Part shown: positions 1 through 7,267 of the stretch, in pieces
How positions within the stretch are numbered: position 1 is the stretch's first letter
How the letters are laid out: each line of letters begins with the position of its first letter
NCBI GenBank assembly: GCA_035510605.1
Contig: DATKGW010000006.1
Coordinates: forward strand, 1 to 59,588
DNA: 59,588 nt
Direction of reading: 5' to 3'
Source: Patescibacteria group bacterium
GTDB lineage: Bacteria > Patescibacteriota > Saccharimonadia > Saccharimonadales > CAIOMD01
Program-made: the position numbers and the translations under genes
Notes under the pieces: generated by a model
Seen by the model: only the letters and a program-made list of their open reading frames with translations
Told to the model about the DNA's origin: nothing
Databases searched by the model: none

Positions 1-1
1 T

Positions 2-460
2 GAACAGGCATTAGCTAATAATGCTGATGATTTTAGCGGTCTTGACGGGCACTTAGCTATTGGACTTGCACGAGGGCTAGATGGTCAACCACGAGATTTC
101 AGGCAAGTTTATGAAGTGCTTGAGAAATACTATTTACTGAATAATCTTACAAAAGGAAAAGAGCTAGATGAAGCTCTGGTAAAAGCACAGAATACCGCTT
201 GGAATCGTTCAGTTCGTACATTTCGAGGAACAAATTGTAAAACACCAGGGGTATGCTTCACAAAAGATATTATATACAGAGAAGGAAATATGGGCGTCTG
301 GGATGTTATTAGAAATAACCCAGAAGAAATGATTCATTTCAATATAGGAAAATATGACCCCTCTAATGTCAGACATTTGTGGATTTTAGAACAACTTGGA
401 ATAACCGAAAAAGATTTATCACAGTTTGAAGAAGAAGAAGAGGAAGAACTCGAATATTAG
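2..460 (+). CDS. hypothetical protein, C-terminal part (frame is open to the left window edge; GTG at 116 is only the first in-window start)
   Basis: Frame 2 has no stop from nt 2 to TAG 458-460. It ends in a poly-Glu tail (EEEEEEELEY) and is followed by a hairpin terminator. Confidence 0.5.
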   Translation, partial: EQALANNADDFSGLDGHLAIGLARGLDGQPRDFRQVYEVLEKYYLLNNLTKGKELDEALVKAQNTAWNRSVRTFRGTNCKTPGVCFTKDIIYREGNMGVWDVIRNNPEEMIHFNIGKYDPSNVRHLWILEQLGITEKDLSQFEEEEEEELEY

Positions 461-484
461 AACAGCAAGTTTTGATTTATAAAA

Positions 485-508
485 AACCTCCTGTTTTTAG
501 GAGGTTTT
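485..508. terminator. bidirectional intrinsic terminator hairpin
   Basis: AACCTCC (485-491) pairs with GGAGGTT (500-506). An A-run lies upstream and a T-run downstream. It sits between the converging + ORF and the minus-strand tRNA. Confidence 0.7.
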
Positions 509-515
509 ATAATAT

Positions 516-590
516 TGGTCGCGGGGGCCGGACTCGAACCGGCGACCTTGTGGTTATGAGCCACACGAGCTGCCACTGCTCTACCCCGCA
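516..590 (-). tRNA. tRNA-Met(CAU), initiator-like
   Basis: Hand-folded cloverleaf: UGCGGGG/CCCCGCG acceptor, D arm GAGC..GCUC with A11:U24, anticodon loop CUCAUAA, T loop UUCGAGU, encoded CCA. It closely resembles E. coli tRNA-fMet but has U1-G72 and only two G:C pairs at the base of the anticodon stem. Confidence 0.8.
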
Positions 591-629
591 ATAGGGTAAT
601 GCCAATACTACGCTATTTAACTCCTTAAG

Positions 630-1067
630 TCAAGATTGCTGACGGTGTAAAAAGAAGTTAATCCAGTCTTGAAAATTCTGTACAAAATGCGATTTTGGCT
701 TTGTTGGTTTATTGCTCAGTGTGCTTTTAGGGGCCGGATGAACGTATTTTTGGGCCACCTCATCTGGTACCAAAATTAACTTCTCGCCGGGATTAGCTAA
801 ACCAAAATATTTGCGGGCTGCCAAATCCAAAAAAGCATTGGTGTTGTAATACTGATTCTTCAATTCTTGATTCTTATTCTGTTGATCTAGCACATCAACC
901 TCTTGCTGCAACCTGGTAATTTGCTTTTCTAAGCCATAATTTTTTTGGATTACTTTAATACTGCTCCAAGTAACCGACAAAGCAATAATAACCAATAAAT
1001 ACAAACCCAAATTATGGCTGTTGATTAACATTTTTAATGTTTGATTATTTTTGATTTTATTTAACAT
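630..1067 (-). CDS. septum formation initiator (FtsB/DivIC family) protein
   Basis: One N-terminal TM helix, then a coiled coil (LEKQITRLQQEVDVLDQQNKNQELKN), then ARKYFGLANPGEKLI, which is typical of FtsB/DivIC. Confidence 0.65.
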   Translation of the reverse strand: MLNKIKNNQTLKMLINSHNLGLYLLVIIALSVTWSSIKVIQKNYGLEKQITRLQQEVDVLDQQNKNQELKNQYYNTNAFLDLAARKYFGLANPGEKLILVPDEVAQKYVHPAPKSTLSNKPTKPKSHFVQNFQDWINFFLHRQQS

Positions 1068-1166
1068 TTTGGCTACTCATCATTATAACTCACTAGTAAA
1101 TATTACCCCTGTTTTGCTATACTAGGCAACGTCGGGGGCGTAGCTCATCGGTTAGAGCAGGCGGCT

Positions 1167-1764
1167 CAAGAAGTTCATTCTAAATTATGCTGCGGATAAT
1201 GTAGTTCCTGAGGGCAATTGCAGCAGACAAGGATACATTTTTGTACCTCCTTATCTATCGATTCTTCCTTCCGATTGGATAAGGCTCGTAAATCGAGCTT
1301 AAACTCCTTTTATTCAGGGTTTCGATGGTGAAAAGCTAGCGTAGACAAATTTTTATTGTAGCCACAAATGGAACATCTTCCTACGTATTTTAGTACAACA
1401 GCACGTTTTCTTTTTAGACCTCTTGATTGTTGAGCTAAATATGATTGGAGATAGTTATTTTGACATTTTGGCGAACAATAAAGTTTCTGTTTACCTCTCA
1501 GTAGTTTCCCGCATTTTACGCAGGTTATGATATTATTCATAACCATTAGCACAACACGAATGATCTTGCAGGGCTACCTGAAAAGTAATTTTCAGGTGAT
1601 AATCTGTCAAATTCGGGGAAGCCTTAAATGGTAATCCCGAGCCAATCTCGCCTTGGCGAGCAGGTGTAGAGACTAAACGGCAGACATCCTTAAGCACAAG
1701 TCGAAGGATGAAGAGATAGTCCAGCTCACAAAGTCGAAAGATGTTGCGAAAGCAATAGTGAGAG
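1167..1764 (+). ncRNA. group I self-splicing intron (IC3-like core) in the anticodon loop
   Basis: The 5' exon ends in U1166 and the intron ends in G1764. Core blocks GUCAAAUUCGGGG (1606-1618), CCCGAGCCAA (1636-1645), GGUGUAGAGACUAAACGGCA (1663-1682) and GAUAGUC (1715-1721) match the Azoarcus/Anabaena pre-tRNA intron core as I recall it. UCUUG 1564-1568 pairs with the first five intron nt, CAAGA 1167-1171. Confidence 0.8.
1175..1552 (-). pseudogene. Zn-ribbon + HNH endonuclease gene, antisense to the intron, interrupted by an in-frame TAA
   Basis: The track ORF 1310..1552 ends ...AFHHRNPE at TAA 1310-1312. The same frame continues KEFKLDLRALSNRKEESIDKEVQKCILVCCNCPQELHY to TGA 1175-1177. It aligns with the intact paralog at 50965-51336 (DFHHDSLEKKDF...KCSVLCANCHRIVHY). 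CxNCH is changed to CNCP. Confidence 0.7.
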
Positions 1765-1902
1765 CATAACCGCTTGGTAGTTGGTTCGATTCCAACCGCC
1801 CCCACCACTTTAAGCATTGCTTAACTTAATCTACATAAAATGTAAGTTTTACTTATGCCTGTAGGTTATGTTAATAATTAACTGGTAAACCAAAATAAAA
1901 AC

Positions 1903-2856
1903 ATGGAAGACCAAACCGAAGAAAACCAACAATATGAGAACCTTCCCATACATCGAACTGAACTAAATGATCACACGGAAAACAATTTGACGGAACAAAA
2001 TCAATCGCTAAATGTAACAGAAGAGACAATCTCTTTCACTAAGCCAAAGCCAACCATACTGCACAGAAAGTTCAAGCCTACTTCTATAATCCAATTCCCA
2101 AAAAGGCCCTCGAAATTATTAATAGCAATTTTAGTTATTATCGTTTTGTTATTAGCTATATGCGCGGGTGCTACTTGCTGGTTCTGCGGTCGCAAGATGC
2201 CGACTTCCAGCTTGACCCAGAGTAACTCAAAGAGCAATAGCTCCAAAACCAACGCAGTCTCTAGTACCCCAACCCCCTTATGCAGTGTAGACTACAGCCA
2301 AGTTCCTAAAATGTCAGACTTTGCCGTTAAGGCAGATCAACTATGTGATGAAATTTATCCAAAAATATCGCAAAAACTAGGTAACGTTAATCCTCTTGAG
2401 AAAATTCAACTTGTGTTTGTAAAGTCGCAGCTAAATCCTGGTCAGACATCTGGCAACATTATTTCCCTAGACAGCAATTGGTACGCACAACATCCTGATG
2501 ACTTAGGCTCCATCGCCCATGAAATTACTCATGTTGTTCAGAGCTATCCCACAAATGTTTCCTGGATTACGGAAGGGATGGCTGATTATATCCGATATTG
2601 GGCAGGCTATCAAACCAGTTGGAGCTATCCTCATTGCGGTGCGGGTAGTCTAAGCTACACTTCGGGGTATTGGTGTGCTGCCACCTTTTTACGTTTTATA
2701 GAAAAAACATATGATCCGAATATTGTTCCAGAATTGAATAGCGCCTTAGATAATAATAACTACAATGATTCATTGTTCGTATCATATACAGGAAAAGATT
2801 TATCGCAGTTATGGGCCGAATGCATAATGCAAGACTGTGCCGGAGGCTCCCCCTAA
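1903..2856 (+). CDS. membrane-anchored HExxH metallopeptidase-like protein (basic secretory protein/BSP-like)
   Basis: One TM helix (LLIAILVIIVLLLAICAGA), a Ser/Thr linker, then SIAHEITHVVQ...WITEGMADYIRYW. Confidence 0.45.
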   Translation: MEDQTEENQQYENLPIHRTELNDHTENNLTEQNQSLNVTEETISFTKPKPTILHRKFKPTSIIQFPKRPSKLLIAILVIIVLLLAICAGATCWFCGRKMPTSSLTQSNSKSNSSKTNAVSSTPTPLCSVDYSQVPKMSDFAVKADQLCDEIYPKISQKLGNVNPLEKIQLVFVKSQLNPGQTSGNIISLDSNWYAQHPDDLGSIAHEITHVVQSYPTNVSWITEGMADYIRYWAGYQTSWSYPHCGAGSLSYTSGYWCAATFLRFIEKTYDPNIVPELNSALDNNNYNDSLFVSYTGKDLSQLWAECIMQDCAGGSP

Positions 2857-2951
2857 CCTAATTCCTACTATGATAAACTGTTGCCAAGGTGTTGCAAAAA
2901 GTACTTATTAAACTTATGCTAATAACATATTAAAAGCAAAGGAAAGTAAAA

Positions 2952-3524
2952 GTGGGTAAACTCCAAAAAAACCAAAGTGGTTTTAGTGCAATCGAAGCCA
3001 TACTAATTTTAGTAATTATTATTGTTATTGGCGGTGTTGGCTACTATGTCTATAATTCCAGAAACAAAACAGACAACACTTTGAATACTACGGTTCAAAC
3101 CAATACAACAGTTCCTGCGGTCAAATATGTAACAATTAGCCAATGGGGAGTCAGAGCGCCTTATTCTGGTAGTTTAACAATGCAATATACAATTGACCCG
3201 AGTAATCCCAATAGCGTTTTACTTACGTCGGCTCAATTAGTTGCATCAGATATAGCTTGTAATACAGATTCTGCTAAATTTATGATTACGAGATATCATG
3301 CTGATGATCAGGTGGTTGGCGAACTTGCTGCTAACGGTGGCACTGCTGCACAAGTTGCAGCAAACGTAGCAAAGACACAATATACCTATATTGGTGATTA
3401 TTACTATTTTGGTACCAGTGGCCCACAGGCAAACTGTGGAACAAGTCAGGCTTCTATTAGTGCCCAGCAGCAAACAGCTCTTGCCGTTGATGCAATATTA
3501 CAAAAATTAGAAGCCGTTAAATAA
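2952..3524 (+). CDS. pilin-like protein with prepilin-type N-terminal cleavage/methylation motif
   Basis: N-terminus KNQSG|FSAIEAILILVIIIVIGGVGYYV (G-F-x-x-x-E followed by a hydrophobic helix). Confidence 0.7.
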   Translation: MGKLQKNQSGFSAIEAILILVIIIVIGGVGYYVYNSRNKTDNTLNTTVQTNTTVPAVKYVTISQWGVRAPYSGSLTMQYTIDPSNPNSVLLTSAQLVASDIACNTDSAKFMITRYHADDQVVGELAANGGTAAQVAANVAKTQYTYIGDYYYFGTSGPQANCGTSQASISAQQQTALAVDAILQKLEAVK

Positions 3525-3555
3525 TATATCTTTCAATTGATCAAATAGAAGACAG

Positions 3556-3628
3556 AAGCTTGTCATTTAGCTCCATGAATGTGTCTTCATGCTGATGAGC
3601 CCAAAAGGGCGAAAGCGAGTACATGCTT
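3556..3628 (+). ncRNA. hammerhead ribozyme, type III topology (stem III open)
   Basis: Stem I: CAUGAA 3574-3579 pairs with UUCAUG 3586-3591 (loop UGUGUC). CUGAUGA is at 3592-3598. Stem II: GCCC 3599-3602 pairs with GGGC 3607-3610 (loop AAAA). GAAA is at 3611-3614. Stem III: GCU 3570-3572 pairs with AGC 3614-3616, extended imperfectly out to 3556/3628. The predicted cleavage site is after C3573 (CUC|C). Confidence 0.8.
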
Positions 3629-3656
3629 TTGTGTGGTTTGGGTTATAATAATTGTC

Positions 3657-3901
3657 ATGACTGCGGATGAATTTACTAAACTCTTCAACCTATGAACAAG
3701 CGGTTTGATAAGATTGATAAGGTCTTAGAGGATAAAGCTAGTTCTGCTGATCTGCAGAGAGCTTTGGGGCTTCTTGACACACTGGCTAAGCGTCAAGAAA
3801 TCTCTGATGACGAGCGTTTAGTGATGGCTCATTAACTTACGTGCCTCCATGAATGGGTTGAACAAGCTGCTGCGCGCATTGATCTAAAGTTCGTCCATTG
3901 A
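3657..3901 (+). pseudogene. decayed small coiled-coil protein gene (one frameshift plus one in-frame TAA)
   Basis: There are three collinear pieces. MTADEFTKLFNL stops at TGA 3693-3695. MNKRFDKIDKVLEDKASSADLQRALGLLDTLAKRQEISDDERLVMAH (3692-3832) stops at TAA 3833-3835. The same frame then continues LTCLHEWVEQAAARIDLKFVH to TGA 3899-3901. Confidence 0.5.
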
Positions 3902-4023
3902 TCGCCTAATATATTGGTGTTCAATAACGTTAATTCGATTGTAGTTTGAAGAGGCGTTTTATCTCATCCCGTAGGTTCGAGAGTTGTCCAGTTAGGTCCA
4001 CCATTATGATTATATTAATAATT

Positions 4024-4056
4024 AAAAAACCTCCCCTTAAAAAAGGGAGGTTTTTA
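4024..4056. terminator. bidirectional intrinsic terminator
   Basis: CCTCCC 4030-4035 pairs with GGGAGG 4045-4050, flanked by an A-run and a T-run. It lies just downstream of the minus-strand RRM gene. Confidence 0.7.
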
Positions 4057-4074
4057 TTAAAGTTCTAGTAAGAA

Positions 4075-4434
4075 TTACCAGCTTTTTTTACGGAATGAAC
4101 CGCGATCTCCACCACCGCCATTACCGCCGTGGTAACCACCGCGATCTCCACCACCATTTCCGCCAAAGTCGCGACGTGGGTGATCTTCGCGTGGACGAGC
4201 TTCGTTCACAACGATTTCACGGCCATCGAGTTCTTTGCCGTTCATAGCAGCTTCGGCAGCTTTGCCTTCGGTCTCATCTTCGAACTCCACAAAGCCAAAC
4301 CCTTTGCTGCGGCCACTATTGCGATCTTTCACAACAGTTGCGCTGACAACGGTGCCAAATGGAGCAAAAGCAGCCTGCAAGGCAGCGTCATCAGTATTCC
4401 ATGATAGGCTGCCAATAAATAACTTATATGCCAT
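4075..4434 (-). CDS. RNA-binding protein (RRM domain, Gly/Arg-rich tail)
   Basis: RNP-2 KLFIGSL, RNP-1 KGFGFVEF, and a C-terminal GGNGGGDRGGYHGGNGGGGDRG tail. Confidence 0.9.
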   Translation of the reverse strand: MAYKLFIGSLSWNTDDAALQAAFAPFGTVVSATVVKDRNSGRSKGFGFVEFEDETEGKAAEAAMNGKELDGREIVVNEARPREDHPRRDFGGNGGGDRGGYHGGNGGGGDRGSFRKKSW

Positions 4435-4576
4435 TGCTTGTTCTATTTACTTCCTTGTTCTTAAACTTACGCAAGTACGACCTCGTCTGCCCTTGCGCCT
4501 CAAGATCCAAACGGCCTTAAGAAGAGACAAAACCTTGCTGCAGGTAGTAAAGCATACTATTTAAAATCTGTACAGA

Positions 4577-5968
4577 CTAGATACACTTTATCTTGTTGGC
4601 GGCAATACGGATAGCTTCATTCCAAGATGGGAATGGGTGTGCGGTATTGGATATTGTGCAGGCGTAATGGTGATGTTCAATAGCATAAGTAAGCTCTTGC
4701 AGCATCTCACTGGCATATGGTGCTACGATGCAGGCGCCCAATAATATTCCACTGTGCGTAGCGATAATTTTTACGAAGCCGGTACTATAGTTATTGGTCA
4801 TAGCTTTACCGATAATTCCAATCGGGGCGATGGCAGTTTGATAAAGTTCACCTGATGTCTTTAGTTCGTGCTCTGTTTTGCCGACAACCGCAATCTCCGG
4901 GTCTCCATGAAAACAGCGGGGGACAGCATGAAGATTAATGGCAACCTTCCGGCGGTGAAACATGTTATGGACGGCTATTCGACCTTCTTGTATGGCGGCT
5001 TGGATAGAAGCGTTTATGTCTATGACATCACCAGCTGCAAAAATGTGTTTGGCGCTGGTTTTCATAAAGCGATTTACTCTTATACCGTTGTCTGTGGTAT
5101 CTACGACTGCATTATCCAGACCTATGTCTATATTGGGCTGGTCGCCGACGGCTACCATTACTTCTTCTACCGCTATCCGATGTTGGCGATTGCTCCAGAT
5201 AAAAGTGATAATTTTCCGCCCGGGAGAGCCTATGACATTTGTAACTTTGGTGTTGGTGCAGACAAATACACCCTTTGAGCTTAAAGCGGCTTCGGCGCTA
5301 TCACTAACTTCCGGATCTTCTTTTGGCAACAGATGATCTTTGGCTTCGGCTATATAAACCTTAGTGCCAAATATGCTAAAGATTTGAGCATACTCATAGG
5401 CAGTTGCACCGCCACCGATGATGAATAAACTGCGCGGTGGTTTTAATAGATGGCCGGCTTCTTTATAGGTAATAAATCCAGAGGACATTAACCCTGGGAT
5501 ATCGGGTATTTCCGGGCTGGCACCGGTGCTGATTAAAAATTTAGTTGCACTGTAGCGTCTTAAACCGGCACTAACTACCCACGGATTTAAAAAATGGGCT
5601 GCCCCGTGGATTATAGTGATACCTTCGGATTGATAGACTTTGGTTTCGTTTTGTATACCGCTGCTAGCCAGCACTTTTTCTTTCCAGGCTTGTACCGCTC
5701 GGTAATTAAAACTGGCTCCGCTGGTTTTGATACCAAACTGGTAAGCGTTTTGGACGGTTTTTAGAGTCAAGGCGGATTTAAGCAAGGCTTTGGTTGGTAA
5801 ACAACCATTGACAAAGCAATCTCCTCCCAAAATATGAGATTCTATTAAGCCGACTCTTTTACCTTCGGCGGCAGCTAACTGGGCAGCCACACCGCCACCG
5901 GGGCCGCTGCCAATAACGATTAGGTCAAAATCGAATTTCTTGGGTTTTTTGGGCTTTATTTTATACAT
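4577..5968 (-). CDS. FAD-dependent pyridine nucleotide-disulfide oxidoreductase (dihydrolipoyl dehydrogenase/glutathione reductase family)
   Basis: GSGPGG FAD fold, redox-active GGDCFVNGCLPTKALL, a second GGGATAYE NAD fold, and a C-terminal dimerisation-type region. Confidence 0.8.
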   Translation of the reverse strand: MYKIKPKKPKKFDFDLIVIGSGPGGGVAAQLAAAEGKRVGLIESHILGGDCFVNGCLPTKALLKSALTLKTVQNAYQFGIKTSGASFNYRAVQAWKEKVLASSGIQNETKVYQSEGITIIHGAAHFLNPWVVSAGLRRYSATKFLISTGASPEIPDIPGLMSSGFITYKEAGHLLKPPRSLFIIGGGATAYEYAQIFSIFGTKVYIAEAKDHLLPKEDPEVSDSAEAALSSKGVFVCTNTKVTNVIGSPGRKIITFIWSNRQHRIAVEEVMVAVGDQPNIDIGLDNAVVDTTDNGIRVNRFMKTSAKHIFAAGDVIDINASIQAAIQEGRIAVHNMFHRRKVAINLHAVPRCFHGDPEIAVVGKTEHELKTSGELYQTAIAPIGIIGKAMTNNYSTGFVKIIATHSGILLGACIVAPYASEMLQELTYAIEHHHYACTISNTAHPFPSWNEAIRIAANKIKCI

Positions 5969-5975
5969 ATCGCTT

Positions 5976-6245
5976 TTACCAAATTATACGGTGGTGAAGA
6001 TATAAATAACCGGCACCAGGGTTAATTTCTGATAAATACTTACCGGCTACCTTACGGATATCGTTAGCGGTAACCTCATTTTTATTAAATAGCCAAGTTT
6101 CAATATCTTTGGTAACTTTTTGAGCAACTAATTCGGCAGCGGTGGGTTGCTCGTGTACGCTCAAGCACGAAGCATAAATACTGGCATATAATTTGCGGTT
6201 GTCAAAGCCTTCTGTTTTACCATTTCTTTTAACAATATGCTTCAT
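5976..6245 (-). CDS. ATP-cone domain protein
   Basis: VKRNGKTEGFDNRKLYASIYASC... matches the ATP-cone pattern. It is 89 aa and has no other domain. Confidence 0.65.
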   Translation of the reverse strand: MKHIVKRNGKTEGFDNRKLYASIYASCLSVHEQPTAAELVAQKVTKDIETWLFNKNEVTANDIRKVAGKYLSEINPGAGYLYLHHRIIW

Positions 6246-6250
6246 AATAT

Positions 6251-6940
6251 TTAGCCTAATACTCCATTGAGTAATAGTAAGATTATCCAGCCCAGTACTA
6301 TATGTGTCAGCCCGATAGTCAGGCGCATCATGGCCTTATTATCCTCTTTCCATTTTAAGATGGCACTGACTTTTATACCCCTAAGACTGAAAACAAAAAT
6401 AGTTACTAAAGGCACCAGAAAAACTACAGCTAATAAAAGCATCCAGGCTGGCGAATATGGTTTAACTAGCGCCAGTATTAACGCAAAGCTGATAATTTGA
6501 ATGCTGATACCAATAAGCGAAGAGGTGGCGGCAATAAAACCCAATATCGCCGCACTGAACGGGTCATTTTTTTTAACGGTGTAGCTATGCAAAGTGCCAT
6601 GGATAAACCGAGGCACACCACCACGGTTCCCATACCAGAAAAAGTCTTTGATAAATCTCAAGCCCCAGAGTATAGCAATGGTAGCCACGATTAATCCAGC
6701 CCAGTTTAGTAAATTGATTGACGCCGAGCTTAAGATTTCTAACAGAGCTACGCCAAACAGTGCCATAAAAGCTCCATATGCCAGCAGAAAAGAGATGGCT
6801 ACTCCGTGGATCATGGTTTTAGTGTGGTTTTTACCAAACGCTCCGGCTATTAAAGCCGCAAACAGGGCAATATTAAACGGGTTTAAAGAAAGTAATAACC
6901 CGGCCACCACAAACAGTGCAAATAGGCTAAAGCTACTCAT
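6251..6940 (-). CDS. polytopic membrane protein (about 6 TM, no cysteines)
   Basis: Hydrophobic helices run throughout. There is a weak resemblance to DsbD/CcdA-like transmembrane proteins (SLNPFN... at TM1), but no Cys is present. Confidence 0.45.
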   Translation of the reverse strand: MSSFSLFALFVVAGLLLSLNPFNIALFAALIAGAFGKNHTKTMIHGVAISFLLAYGAFMALFGVALLEILSSASINLLNWAGLIVATIAILWGLRFIKDFFWYGNRGGVPRFIHGTLHSYTVKKNDPFSAAILGFIAATSSLIGISIQIISFALILALVKPYSPAWMLLLAVVFLVPLVTIFVFSLRGIKVSAILKWKEDNKAMMRLTIGLTHIVLGWIILLLLNGVLG

Positions 6941-7176
6941 AATATTACCCCGACGGTCTGTTGAATATGGTCCAGGGCAGTTGCCAAGAGTATGGTGGTG
7001 GTGAAGGCAATGATTATGACAATGAGGACGAATAATACCAACGTAACTCTTTTATTTTTTCTAAATAAAGCTGTGAGGGCCAGCAACAATATTAAAGCTG
7101 CGGTCGTGCCAACTACCACTCGAACACTCAAATCTGTCACAGCACTAGTCGCGGCTGCAAAATAATTAATGCCCAT
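6937..7176 (-). CDS. small membrane protein (2 TM)
   Basis: The 79-aa ORF overlaps the downstream gene by 4 nt and has two hydrophobic helices. Confidence 0.4.
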   Translation of the reverse strand: MGINYFAAATSAVTDLSVRVVVGTTAALILLLALTALFRKNKRVTLVLFVLIVIIIAFTTTILLATALDHIQQTVGVIL

Positions 7177-7267
7177 CTTTTCGTTTTGCCCTCTTTTAAT
7201 AAAAACTATATCATTAAAATAGCCACTAGCATAATAGGCCTTAAGTAGATAGTAACTGCTAGTAGAA

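Larger units (their letters stand above)
1134..1807 (+). tRNA. intron-containing tRNA(CAU), most similar to tRNA-Ile2 (lysidine type); exons 1134-1166 and 1765-1807
   Basis: The joined exons give GGGGGCG UA GCUC AUCGGUUA GAGC A GGCGG CU|CAUAA CCGCU UGGUA GUUGG UUCGAUU CCAAC CGCCCCC A CCA. The anticodon arm and variable region (GAGCAGGCGGCUCAUAACCGCUUGGU) is nearly the same as E. coli ileX. Confidence 0.85.

Noticed and set aside
1533-1817. 94-aa minus-strand ORF covering the intron core and the tRNA 3' exon. Similar ORFs lie over tRNA-Lys (27741-27935) and tRNA-Pro (51248-51454).
   Set aside because: They overlap structured RNA genes, and their 'proteins' are simply translations of tRNA or ribozyme sequence (e.g. 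GIEPTT, GLEPPTS).
2494-2500. Additional CUGAUGA heptamers (2494, 3805, 33461) as further hammerhead cores.
   Set aside because: They lie inside coding or pseudogene sequence. They lack a following stem II plus GAAA and a UH cleavage site with pairing stems.
3968-4003. tRNA-like 3' end (GTAGGTTCGAG...GGTCCACCA). It shares an 11-mer with the tRNA-Arg-like fragment at 52976-52986.
   Set aside because: No T stem or acceptor stem can be paired. The match is dominated by the generic GGTTCGA T-loop consensus. At most it is an unrecognisable remnant.
6251-6940. Assigning the membrane protein next to the CxxxxC flavoprotein as a CcdA/DsbD thiol-disulfide transporter.
   Set aside because: The protein contains no cysteine at all. 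The resemblance rests on one short motif, so only a generic membrane-protein call is justified.
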